NCBI GenBank assembly: GCA_029855935.1
Contig: JAGSHN010000016.1
Location: 169,527 to 233,526, forward strand
Direction: 5' to 3'
DNA from: Candidatus Thorarchaeota archaeon
GTDB lineage: Archaea; Asgardarchaeota; Thorarchaeia; Thorarchaeales; Thorarchaeaceae
Length of the DNA stretch: 64,000 nt
Shown: positions 52,382 to 61,894 of the stretch, piece after piece
Layout of the letters: every line of letters starts with the position of its first letter
How positions within the stretch are numbered: position 1 is the first letter of the stretch
The notes under the pieces: model-generated
What the model saw: only the letters and a program-made list of their open reading frames with translations
What the model was told of the DNA's origin: nothing
Database searches by the model: none
Position numbers and translations under genes: made by a program

Positions 52382-53902
52382 TCCTCCGAAGGCCCCTCTG
52401 ATTCTCTCCACATCGCTGACGTCGATTGCCCCCGAGAGCGGCACAAGAGTGAAGTAGACCACAGTGAACACGCCAGCACCAATGATGAGGAAGCCGAGCG
52501 GTCCCACGTGAACCAGTTGCCTCGATAGTACCGTGGCGACAGCGGCACTGACCCCACTGAGGTAGAGTCTCAGGCTTGAGGACACATTGATTGTTAGATG
52601 TCCGCGTCGCCAGGCATAGATCGTCAGAGTCGCGCAGGCGAACAGTCTTGAGAGGACATCGGCCGCAATTATGCCGACTGTTCCCGCGGACATAGTGAAC
52701 GGGACCCCAATGGTGACCAGCGTCCCAAGATAGAGTCCCCACAGCGCCACTGTCAGCCAGACCTCCCCCATCCCATTGAAGAAGCTCTCAAGGAGGCCGT
52801 TGCCCACTCCGACGAGCAGGAACATGGAGGCGAGAAGCGCAAGGAACAGTGCCGCGGCCCCGTACTCTGCTCCGTAGAGGACATCGACTATCTCCGGTGC
52901 GAGAGTCATCATCACAAGGGCGGCGGGGACGACAATCAGCACAGCATACTTGTGCGCAAGACTGAATCCGCGACCGTAGTCTGAGCCTGTGGAGACACTG
53001 GCCAGTCTCGAGAAGGCAGGCAGTAGCGACCAGATAATGCTGTAGGATAGAGCAGTCAAGATTGTCGTCACGTTCAGTGCCGCGATGAAGTTTCCAATCT
53101 CATAGTTTGTGACGAAGAGGGACAGTACCACGAGCCTGAACTGTGGCACAAAGCCAGTGGCAATGGTCACTGCATAGAGGGGTGCTCCGAACCCGAGTAT
53201 CGGGCGTGCGTACCTCCATCCCACGCGGACAGTCGTTGCTCCCGCGAGAGCACGGGTCTTTCGCGTCAGGATGATTGCGCCTATGGCCGACGAGATGACG
53301 AAGCCGATGACATATCCGATGAGCGCGCCCATAATCCCGAGGCCGTACAGGATCAGCAGGATGGCGAGCAGTACCTTCACAAGGACCTGAACGGTCTTCA
53401 CGACCCCTGCGCGACCCGGGCTCTGTAGGCCCTGAAGTCCATAGAAGCTCAGCCAGAATACAACCTGAAAGAACATAGCGATGCTGGCGAAGCGCACAAG
53501 GAATCCCATCTCCGGTCGTGCGAGGATGACCGTCGCGAACCAGTCCGATGCCAGAAAGGCACCAACGCTGAACACGGCTCCGACGAGCAGTCTGAGTACG
53601 ATGCCAGTCTTGAAGACACCGAGCGCATCGTCGGTCTGGCCCTCCTCGCGGAGCTTGGGAATGTAACGGACGATGGCCGTGTCGATGCCCAAGGTGGCAA
53701 AGTGTGTGAGAAGGAGGGTGAAGACGAGTGCCAGCCCGTAGGTCGCGTAGTCGTCTGGTCCGAGCAGTCGTGCCAAGACTATGGATCCCAGACCGTTGAT
53801 CACCGTGGAGATGCCGACACCGGCAACGAGAGACGTACCACCCCTCAGTGATTCCTCGGCCATATGTGTCAGTCGGTCTGAGGCGTTGTCCTGGCTGTTC
53901 AT
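52265..53902 (-). CDS. Oligosaccharide flippase (Wzx/MOP family)
   Basis: IVLARLLGPDDYATY, LGIDTAIVRY, LLPAFSRL; many TM segments. Confidence 0.88.
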   Translation of the reverse strand: MNSQDNASDRLTHMAEESLRGGTSLVAGVGISTVINGLGSIVLARLLGPDDYATYGLALVFTLLLTHFATLGIDTAIVRYIPKLREEGQTDDALGVFKTGIVLRLLVGAVFSVGAFLASDWFATVILARPEMGFLVRFASIAMFFQVVFWLSFYGLQGLQSPGRAGVVKTVQVLVKVLLAILLILYGLGIMGALIGYVIGFVISSAIGAIILTRKTRALAGATTVRVGWRYARPILGFGAPLYAVTIATGFVPQFRLVVLSLFVTNYEIGNFIAALNVTTILTALSYSIIWSLLPAFSRLASVSTGSDYGRGFSLAHKYAVLIVVPAALVMMTLAPEIVDVLYGAEYGAAALFLALLASMFLLVGVGNGLLESFFNGMGEVWLTVALWGLYLGTLVTIGVPFTMSAGTVGIIAADVLSRLFACATLTIYAWRRGHLTINVSSSLRLYLSGVSAAVATVLSRQLVHVGPLGFLIIGAGVFTVVYFTLVPLSGAIDVSDVERIRGAFGGLPVVGVFVRAALWYVRRLLRANDRDTIDTASGREGRER

Positions 53903-53972
53903 TGTCTGCTGGCCACTCTCTCGTGTCTGTCACGGCGGAAGGGCGCTCGCTTATTACACTTGCGAGTGCGGC

Positions 53973-55148
53973 TCAGGCGTAGAGCACATCCACTATTCGG
54001 CGGAGTATCAGTCCCATGTTCCTCATCTGGTTGTAGTGGGCCTCGATGACCCTCCGGTTGGTCATAAGCATATCCTCGTCCTCGTGCAGTCGGGCATTGA
54101 TCGCCTCCTGCAGCCTCCGTGCCACGATGTGAGGATCTGGCTCGACGATCACACCTTGCGCGCCGTGGTCGAACACGTCAGCGTAGGCTGGCATCGGTGA
54201 GACGATGGGAACCACACCAGCGTACAGCCCCTCGAGAAGAGTCTGCGCCAACTGGTCCCACGTGGGGATGGAGAAGAAGTAGTCAGAGCGGTCGAGCAGG
54301 AATCGAAGGTCGGGAGGACTCAGTGGTCGAAGTACCACTCGTGATCTATCCTCTAGGCCGAGCCGTCGAATGAGGCCCAGTACTCTCTGCACGTAGGGGT
54401 CATCGCCGTGTGTGTTCATGCAGTATATGAACGTGGAGTCTATGCCCCGTTTCAGCAGCAGGTGGTGTATCAGAGGCAGGAGGTGTACCCTGTAGACCGG
54501 CTTTGCAGTGCGATAGGAGATGAAGACAATCCCATTGAGGTCCTCCGTCATCTCTCTGACTGACGGACTCACCGCTCTCGGTGATGGACTGCGCCACTCG
54601 TCAAGGTCTATACCCCACGGCATAGTGAACATTCGCGAGGAGTCCGCATCGAAGACATCGGTCAGGTACTGTGCCATATGACGCGAGGTGGGGAGTATTA
54701 GATCGGCCGTCCTTATGACGCTCTTGATGACAGCGTTCACAAGGGGCCTTGGCGCGCTCCATCCCCATAGACCAGGTCTGAATACATCGGACCCGTATGG
54801 CGAGAGTATCGTCCTTCGGGCCGCTGAGAAGTGTGTCATAAATCCTCTGGTCTGCAGAAAGTGGGCATGCATCCCATCGTACTCGTATCTCTGTGTGAGA
54901 GCCGCTACTCTGAGCGCCACACGAGGGTACTCCATCGGTGTTGTCGGGCGGACGGACCTTGATGAGTCGAGTACCCTGACATCGGCATTTCTCAGCCTCC
55001 TGTAGGCATCGAGGACCCTCTGGCGATGCGGGCTTCTCAGCAGTCCGAACCTCGATACGATGTCAATGGAGATGCCCGCTCGAAGATACGCCTTCACCCA
55101 GATGGGAACGAACGGGCTCTCCGAGTTTATGGCAAGAAGGACTCTCAT
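53973..55148 (-). CDS. Glycosyltransferase family 4
   Basis: MHAHF, PYGSDV, PWGID, LLEGLYAGVVPIVS. Confidence 0.85.
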   Translation of the reverse strand: MRVLLAINSESPFVPIWVKAYLRAGISIDIVSRFGLLRSPHRQRVLDAYRRLRNADVRVLDSSRSVRPTTPMEYPRVALRVAALTQRYEYDGMHAHFLQTRGFMTHFSAARRTILSPYGSDVFRPGLWGWSAPRPLVNAVIKSVIRTADLILPTSRHMAQYLTDVFDADSSRMFTMPWGIDLDEWRSPSPRAVSPSVREMTEDLNGIVFISYRTAKPVYRVHLLPLIHHLLLKRGIDSTFIYCMNTHGDDPYVQRVLGLIRRLGLEDRSRVVLRPLSPPDLRFLLDRSDYFFSIPTWDQLAQTLLEGLYAGVVPIVSPMPAYADVFDHGAQGVIVEPDPHIVARRLQEAINARLHEDEDMLMTNRRVIEAHYNQMRNMGLILRRIVDVLYA

Positions 55149-55458
55149 AGTCCATCAGTGCTCCAGGTTCCTCGTATTTCACTTCGGCCGTCCTCTGCGG
55201 CCATTGATTCGCACCGTCTATCCGACAAGCACGAGTGACGCAGATCGCTTCCATCGTGTTCAACGCCCAAGCGTTGCACAGAGTGGCCCTACGGTCGACG
55301 ACGATAGACGACCATAGTTCGCGTGCTGCACAACCCATCTCAGTCCCCTCCTTAAAGAGTTTCATATGAGAGTGGGCGAGATGACTGTCGAGTCGGTCTT
55401 TACTGCGAGGTCGCTCTGGAGAAACGTTAAATTGGTGCCGAAACAGAGCCTCTCCGAG

Positions 55459-57360
55459 ATGATGAAAACACCCGCTCCGGAATCAGAGGCCACAACAAGA
55501 CGAACAGCTCTGCTTCTATTGCTGGTGATGTTCCTCTCTGCGATACTGCGGTTGCCTCTCTGGGGCGGTTTCACCGGGAGCGATGGGCTACTCTTGATAT
55601 GGGAGGCAAAACGCTTTCTTCTTGGAGATCTCACGCTTCTGTACGCCCATCCTCTTGATCTGCTCAGTATGACTCCATACAGTCCGTATCCTGTTGGTTC
55701 GGTCCTCTTGACCGCCGCAGCACTTCTCCTTAGCGGGATGGACTTTCAGCTTGCCACATTCACGTACAGTCTTCTCATTCTACCGTGGCTTGTCTTCTTC
55801 AGTTACCGTCTGAATGTCCTCCTGCTCAGGGATGAGCTTGCCGCGGCGGCGGGGGCGTTTATGTATGCAAACTATCCGATACTGCTACAGTATTCGTACC
55901 TTACGATGACCGCGCGTCTGCCTGTACTGGCCATCATTCCACTGTTTCTAGAACAGCTTGTGGTTCACGCGCAGACCCATCGCTCACGGCCACTCCTATG
56001 CGCCACTCTTCTTGCTGTGGTCAGCAACTTCTTTCATCGGATGGCGTTTGTTCTCTTTGCCTTCGTCGTGGCTGCTGTACTATCGCCTTACGTTCTGCAC
56101 TGGGGGCGGACTGCAACTGCTCGATTTCACAAGATTGCGATAGCCCCTTTCCGAAGGTTGAGACGCTGGCTGACACTTGGTCGCCTGGAAACGGTTGTTC
56201 TCACGCTTGTAGTCGCCGGAGGAGTCTTCTTTAGCTACATACTCTCACTGATGTTCTATTTTGGCCCTATCCTATCCATTTCGTTCACGACGCATAGTCC
56301 TCTCGCGGACTACCTCTTCGCCTTTGTGAGTGCCTACTGGACCGACTGGGGTGTCATTGCACTTGCGATGCCATTTCTTCCACTGGCTGTCCATTCGCGG
56401 AGAGTCGAGGTCGATGGCGACTGGCACGGGATTGGTCTCTTCATTGTGATCACACTGCCGGCTCTTCCAATGCTCGCTAATTTCATCTACGCGAGGTTCC
56501 TGTTCGCGGCAAACTTCTTTGTCTTTGGACTCCTCGGTATCGAGTATCTGCTTGGAGTCTCTCGGCGAAGACGGTCGTTGAGCGTGATCCTCCTTGGCGC
56601 GGCCACCATTGGATACTACTGGTTCTATGACAGGTTCGTCACTCCTCTGGACGAACTGCTCCTTCTTGCCTATGGCCTCGGACTGGTGTTTATCGCCATC
56701 GGGCTGACCGAATTCCTGCTGTCAGGCCAGCGTGTCCTGCCCCGGCTTCGAACACTGCTGGGCAGGAGAGAGATATGGCTCACTCTGCTCTGTCTAGCCC
56801 TTGCATTCAACTCTGTCGTCTTCGTTGACGCCGAGACTTTCCTCACGCCTCCAGATGCAGGCGGTGTCACTCGCTATATGACGGCCGAGGAGATGGAGGT
56901 CGCCAACTATCTCGCCTCTCATGCACCGAATATGTCGGTGACCATCTCGGCCTACTCGTGGCTCCTCGATGCACGCCTTGGGGCGAGCACAGGACTCATC
57001 TACCTTACGGATGACCACGGCATAGCTCTGGTGGTCGTAGGTCTTGTTGACAAGTCGGATGTATACCGGCAGATGGTTCTCAAGCCCGTCACCGAGTGGC
57101 ATGGTGCTCGAATCTTCTATGGCGGCTCAGACCCCAAGACCGTCTACCGAAACCTGATGAACATGTCCTATACCAACTCCACGGCCCAGAGTCTGATACG
57201 TGAACTCCGCCTCAAGTTCTTCGTCACGCGAATGGGTCTGAACATCAGCTCAGTATCCGAGTCGGACTTCGCCCCGTCGCTATTCATCAGGACTCTCCGC
57301 GAGAACTGCTCCCCGGTCTTCGTGACGGAGAACTACGAGGTGTGGGAACTCCTCCCCTGA
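55459..57360 (+). CDS. Polytopic membrane protein, probable GT-C fold
   Basis: GSDG first loop, PYSPYPVG, FFHRMA, many TM segments, C-terminal soluble domain; start uncertain (ORF extends to 55366). Confidence 0.6.
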   Translation: MMKTPAPESEATTRRTALLLLLVMFLSAILRLPLWGGFTGSDGLLLIWEAKRFLLGDLTLLYAHPLDLLSMTPYSPYPVGSVLLTAAALLLSGMDFQLATFTYSLLILPWLVFFSYRLNVLLLRDELAAAAGAFMYANYPILLQYSYLTMTARLPVLAIIPLFLEQLVVHAQTHRSRPLLCATLLAVVSNFFHRMAFVLFAFVVAAVLSPYVLHWGRTATARFHKIAIAPFRRLRRWLTLGRLETVVLTLVVAGGVFFSYILSLMFYFGPILSISFTTHSPLADYLFAFVSAYWTDWGVIALAMPFLPLAVHSRRVEVDGDWHGIGLFIVITLPALPMLANFIYARFLFAANFFVFGLLGIEYLLGVSRRRRSLSVILLGAATIGYYWFYDRFVTPLDELLLLAYGLGLVFIAIGLTEFLLSGQRVLPRLRTLLGRREIWLTLLCLALAFNSVVFVDAETFLTPPDAGGVTRYMTAEEMEVANYLASHAPNMSVTISAYSWLLDARLGASTGLIYLTDDHGIALVVVGLVDKSDVYRQMVLKPVTEWHGARIFYGGSDPKTVYRNLMNMSYTNSTAQSLIRELRLKFFVTRMGLNISSVSESDFAPSLFIRTLRENCSPVFVTENYEVWELLP

Positions 57361-57486
57361 CGCCCACCTGACGCAAGGCTCCCCACGTTGAGTATTCGTC
57401 GAGAAAACGGTTATACAGGTCTGATGCAATCCTCTTCTGTTGTTGCGATTGATTGCAGGTCTGTGATGTGCAAGGGGTGTGTCACA

Positions 57487-58542
57487 GTGAGCCACAGGTC
57501 AGTCGTGCTGGCGGTGTCTGCTGTCATCGTGGTGATGGCCATTGTTGTGGCACTGTTCGTGGGGCCTCCGTTTGAGGGACCGAACGGCGAGAATCCCAAC
57601 AGCGGGCCGGACATCTTCGACCCGTCGCTCCCCGAGGGGACGCTTGAGTTCACATACTCTCCGCTGCCGACGGACAGAATAATGTACATCATTCCTCTGG
57701 GGAACCTGAACCCGCCGGGACACACCACGCCCACGGATCACATCTACTTCGTCTACGATGGCACCGAGCTTGAGGTCACGGTCCCCGTCTCTGGTCGTGT
57801 CCTGCGCATTGAGGACTTTGGCGACGACCAGGGCATAACGATAGGTGTCACCAGCACGTTCAGCTACTACTTCTTCCACGTCCGTCTTGACGAGGGTGTG
57901 AATGTGGGTGACTGGCTGGAGGCGGGACAGAGGCTGGGGACAACTGCACCGCCATCGGCATTCGACCTCGGCGTGCTGAACAAGGACCTGGCTAATCCCT
58001 TCGCCAACACGACTCGGTATCCCGACGACAAGCTCCACGCGGACGCGCCGCTGAAGTACTTCAAGGAGCCAATCCGCTCGACGTTGTACGCCAAGGTCGC
58101 GAGGGACTCTGAGGACAAGGATGGGGTGTTCTGCTACGACCAGCCGGGGCGACTGATTGGCAACTGGTGGCTCACGACAGCGCCAGATGACCTGTTGGCC
58201 GCCGAAGACTACGAGAGCTACGCACTGGCATTCGTCTACTCGAACTTTGAGCCGAACAGGATTATGATCTCAATCGGTCGGCGTGTGGGCGGTGCGGAGG
58301 GGCTTCCCTATGGTGCATATGCCGCGGTGGGACCAGCACCCGAGAACGTCACCCCAGAGTCCGGCAACGTCACATACATCCTGTATGAGTACGTTCAGGG
58401 ACAGAGTCCCGTCCTCGGGGAACGAGTGGGACTGCTCATCGTCGAGATGCTCAATGATCACACAATCCGCGTGCAGACCTTCGCGGACACAACATCCACC
58501 ACCCGCGAGTTCACGCAGGATGCGGTGACGTATATCCGATAG
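57487..58542 (+). CDS. Membrane-anchored exported protein with M23 peptidase-like fold
   Basis: N-terminal TM; HTTPTDHIYF...VPVSGRV...YYFFHV...VNVGDWLEAGQRLG follows the M23/LytM pattern. Confidence 0.65.
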   Translation: MSHRSVVLAVSAVIVVMAIVVALFVGPPFEGPNGENPNSGPDIFDPSLPEGTLEFTYSPLPTDRIMYIIPLGNLNPPGHTTPTDHIYFVYDGTELEVTVPVSGRVLRIEDFGDDQGITIGVTSTFSYYFFHVRLDEGVNVGDWLEAGQRLGTTAPPSAFDLGVLNKDLANPFANTTRYPDDKLHADAPLKYFKEPIRSTLYAKVARDSEDKDGVFCYDQPGRLIGNWWLTTAPDDLLAAEDYESYALAFVYSNFEPNRIMISIGRRVGGAEGLPYGAYAAVGPAPENVTPESGNVTYILYEYVQGQSPVLGERVGLLIVEMLNDHTIRVQTFADTTSTTREFTQDAVTYIR

Positions 58543-59430
58543 GGACTTGGTCTATGCATCGTTCTCACTCCGTGTGTTCTGGTCCCGGCAGCCAGCGACA
58601 GGTATGATGTGGGGGGATTGATGATCACCTACGCCACCCAGCTATGATTGTACGTCATTCTATCATCTACGTAAGAGCAATGGTGCCATCTACATTCATA
58701 GGGTTACTGGGGCTGTTCGTTGCAATTATGGGAAGTGTGGTCGGATGAGAATCTCTGCCCGCACAAGAGTGAAGGATGGTATTATGGTGTCCGTTATGGG
58801 GGTTATACTCCTATGTATACTGACTGGGATAAGGTTGTTTTTGGACCGGACCTGTTCCCGTTGACCCACCCAATCGCACCACCTCTTTTGATAGTCATCT
58901 TCTTCTCATTCGGAGAAATGAGCACAGTAGAGGAATGACGATGCAATGACGGTGACTCCCACGACCAAGAAACGTTTCGATGTCTTTCCTGACGACGACC
59001 GCCCTCCGGAACCCAAACGTACAAACCGCTGTGACAGGTGGATCGCGTACTGGCTCTTCCGCGAGTGGTATTCTGCAGTGCTGGTGCCAACTTGGCGCCG
59101 GTGGATTCACCTCTAACTTGACTGGAGCTTGGGCTTACGAATCTGGCGGTCGACTCATACGGGCCGTGAGAGATAGCGGCTGTGGGCACCTTTGCTGCCA
59201 GACTACAGCTCCGCAGATCGACAGACGTAGCTACCCAATCTATGTCGATGATTCCAACAAAGCGACTTACGGAAAGTGTGTGCAGAAGTTTGCAATGGAG
59301 CGGTTATTCACTTTTCAACTACAATGGGGCTTCTCCATTCCAACATTCCGCACAGGTCGCCATCACGAAAAGCTTGATTAGGACGAGCCTTGCCAGATTC
59401 CGACAGAGATTTGTTCGAAGTGAGCCTCTA

Positions 59431-59757
59431 ATGAGCGAGCAGGGGAAAGAGGAGAAGCCAGTCATTAGAATTGAATATCTGCGGCCGGAGGACTTGCCTA
59501 CGTTCGATGCCAGTGGAGCCCGAATTGTCCAGACCCCGTATCACACGATTCTCGATTTCTACATCGACGAGCCCATTGACCCAATCCGCGGAGAGGTAAT
59601 CTACGAAAAAGATGGTCAGAGACGCAGCGAAACAGAGATGGCCTACTCTGGTCCGAAACAGGTTGTACGGAGGGTCCTGGTGAGGCTCCGGGTTCCACCC
59701 AAGACGTTCGAGGAGTTCGCCAATGCGTTCGCCCGTATCGCAGAGGAACACAAGTAG
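59431..59757 (+). CDS. Hypothetical protein (DUF3467-like)
   Basis: TFDASGARIVQTPYHTILDFY...VRLRVPPKTFEEFANAF resembles the DUF3467 pattern. Confidence 0.6.
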   Translation: MSEQGKEEKPVIRIEYLRPEDLPTFDASGARIVQTPYHTILDFYIDEPIDPIRGEVIYEKDGQRRSETEMAYSGPKQVVRRVLVRLRVPPKTFEEFANAFARIAEEHK

Positions 59758-59770
59758 GGGGTGTCACGTG

Positions 59771-60175
59771 ATGATCACCACTGTCAAGTATGACGAGTCA
59801 ACCCCCTCGGCCTACAACTTGGTGTTCGTGGATGTGCCTCCTCGTAAACCCATGGAGATTTCCGCCATTGTTATCACCGGATCCGTTGATGTCGTTAGCT
59901 TCTTCGAAACGCGCGAACTCTTGGAGAGCCTGCATAGGAAAATCGACACACTCTCAGCAAAGATTGACCAACTCCTTGACTACCTGACGGAGGAGAATGT
60001 CGAAGACGTCACCGACGAAGAGGCAAAAAACATGATTCTCGAGTATCTTCACGATAAGAAGCACTGTTATCCATCTGATATTGCCATCGACCTTGACCTC
60101 GACTACGAGCAGGTGCGCCGGATTCTAGAACAGCTTGAAGACGAGGGAGTCGTGGGACCACGTGACAGACAATGA
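59771..60175 (+). CDS. Coiled-coil plus C-terminal winged-helix protein
   Basis: LHRKIDTLSAKIDQL heptads, then EAKNMILEYL...YPSDIAIDLDLDYEQVRRILEQLEDEG. Confidence 0.7.
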   Translation: MITTVKYDESTPSAYNLVFVDVPPRKPMEISAIVITGSVDVVSFFETRELLESLHRKIDTLSAKIDQLLDYLTEENVEDVTDEEAKNMILEYLHDKKHCYPSDIAIDLDLDYEQVRRILEQLEDEGVVGPRDRQ

Positions 60176-60386
60176 CACTCCTATGTACGGTGAGCCCGAA
60201 GATAGGGGATGTGCGGTTCACGAGGGCGACTGTCTCGTGGGCAAACGCCTAGTCGTCCGCGGCTCCTCCATAGTACGGCCGAAGGGGAAAAGGGGGCTTC
60301 GAAGTGGACGTACACACAGAAAACAGTGGGCAAAAGTCGAGAATGGCAAGTGCTGGATAGATCGAGAGATCGAACTGAAACGCTAA
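60162..60386 (+). CDS. Small basic hypothetical protein
   Basis: GTG start overlapping the end of the wHTH gene; 74 aa; no family recognised. Confidence 0.35.
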   Translation: MTDNDTPMYGEPEDRGCAVHEGDCLVGKRLVVRGSSIVRPKGKRGLRSGRTHRKQWAKVENGKCWIDREIELKR

Positions 60387-60558
60387 CGTGTGTTCTTATG
60401 CTTCTCTTCTTATTTTGTTATCCGCAGAAGAATTTCCTCTTTCACTTTCAGGCTGCGTCGCAGGAAGACGCAATTCTTGGCCACACAGCGGCGGCATAAA
60501 CTCTCCGACTTGACACATCCGGGCACGTGAAACCTATGCGAAATGGACCGCCAGTAAC

Positions 60559-60629
60559 TCGGCCGCGGGTTGGAGAGGTTTCTCAATTCTGCGCCCGCCC
60601 GCATAACGGGGTTTTCCCAACCCTGCCGA
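60559..60629 (+). ncRNA. Candidate structured RNA hairpin
   Basis: TCGGC/GCCGA, GGGTTGG/CCAACCC, GAGGTTTC/GGGGTTTT (G-U rich) and TGCG/CGCA nested stems. Confidence 0.3.
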
Positions 60630-61026
60630 CGCTTCACGTGGGGAGTCAGGCGTTCACAAGTTGGACGTACACGGCGAGCTGAAACGATTGCTTCTGTATG
60701 CACGCCCGATTTGGTGAGCAGATTGGCGAACAAAAACGGAATCCCTGCCCCATAGTAACAGAGACATAACCTCCGCTCTCTGCATGTTGGGTACCTACAC
60801 ACAGTTGTGGTGAGGCCAATGGAACCATATGAGCAGGCTCCAGATATCTTTTGTCAAATGTCTGCTAACCTTTGTGCGTGGTTTTGAAATCTTCCAAAAG
60901 ATATGCGAAGACTCTCGTAGCCTTCTTTTCCTGCTATTTCGGGTGTCTTATGCATGCCCCTGGCTTTCTTGTCTTCGGGCGGCTCGTAAGCCCCCTCAAT
61001 CTAGAGGACGGTGAATTGCTCATAGA

Positions 61027-61563
61027 CTACGTAGAAGGCTCCACAGCGATTTCGCGTAGGTCTGGCATTCGGAACCTGTGATGTCTTGTCCAAGACAGAC
61101 CGGATCGATCTGTTACGTTAATCTCGAACTCGTGGCTGCCCGGCGGCGGAAGTTGAACTTTTCCTCGGCACTGAGTTTCTTCTTTGGGCATTATGAAGTC
61201 ATCATCAAGCGTGCACTCGATAGGTTTGGATAGGTAGGACGCACTAATCCTGACTGTTGTCGGAACTAGACGTTTCTTGCCATCGTTTCTCAGCGTTAGT
61301 ATGACTAGACCGTCTGCTATCAAATCGTCCACCAAGGTTTCTGGCCATTCGACATTCAGAACAGGGAAGTACTGATCACGCGTACGCCAGTAGATGATAA
61401 GATTCCACCCTACCGTCACCACAAGGCTGACTAGCGACACGATAAGCGAGAATGCTGCGGGACTTTCTTCAGCGACTACCATGATTCGAGGAATTGATTC
61501 GATTCCAGCCATTACGATGACTCCAGCTATGACTATGGTGGTGACCATGGTAAGGCATTCCAT
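61027..61563 (-). CDS. Membrane protein with two N-terminal TMs and a beta-sandwich (CARDB/Ig-like) domain
   Basis: Two hydrophobic helices, then LTLRNDGK...PKEE...PGSHEFEINVTD; GAGGAG before ATG at 61563. Confidence 0.6.
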   Translation of the reverse strand: MECLTMVTTIVIAGVIVMAGIESIPRIMVVAEESPAAFSLIVSLVSLVVTVGWNLIIYWRTRDQYFPVLNVEWPETLVDDLIADGLVILTLRNDGKKRLVPTTVRISASYLSKPIECTLDDDFIMPKEETQCRGKVQLPPPGSHEFEINVTDRSGLSWTRHHRFRMPDLREIAVEPST

Positions 61564-61894
61564 AGCTCCTCTCCAGTCCATCACATCTCACCAGCACCGT
61601 GCTTCTATCTAGAATCCAATTGGAGTCTTGGGAGCCAGGACTGTCAGTGGCACAATGCATCCCTCTGTTCCCAATTTCACATACAAATTCTTTTTACCTT
61701 TGGCTCTCCGATTCTCATTGGTTTCCCCGAGCACGACTGTGTGCACGAAATTGCATTCATATCCACTACCTAAAAGGTTTCTCCCGCCAATATGGGGCAG
61801 AACCTCACGGAGTTTCTGAGCGCCCTTCCTGCCCCTCCGGCTGATTGGTAGAATCCTCCCAAAGAGAGTGACTTCCTCTCTCCTCCCAACCGCA

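Noticed and set aside
60400-60800. SRP RNA, RNase P RNA or tRNA
   Set aside because: No SRP helix-8 motif, no paired RNase P P4 motifs and no cloverleaf/T-loop found on either strand
60985-61025. Resemblance to an IS200/IS605 right end (AAGCCCC...hairpin)
   Set aside because: Short, imperfect stem and no tnpA/tnpB remnant recognisable nearby
61845-61890. Possible fourth degenerate repeat (AATCCTC...CAAC)
   Set aside because: Too divergent and leaves no spacer-length gap before the 61895 repeat
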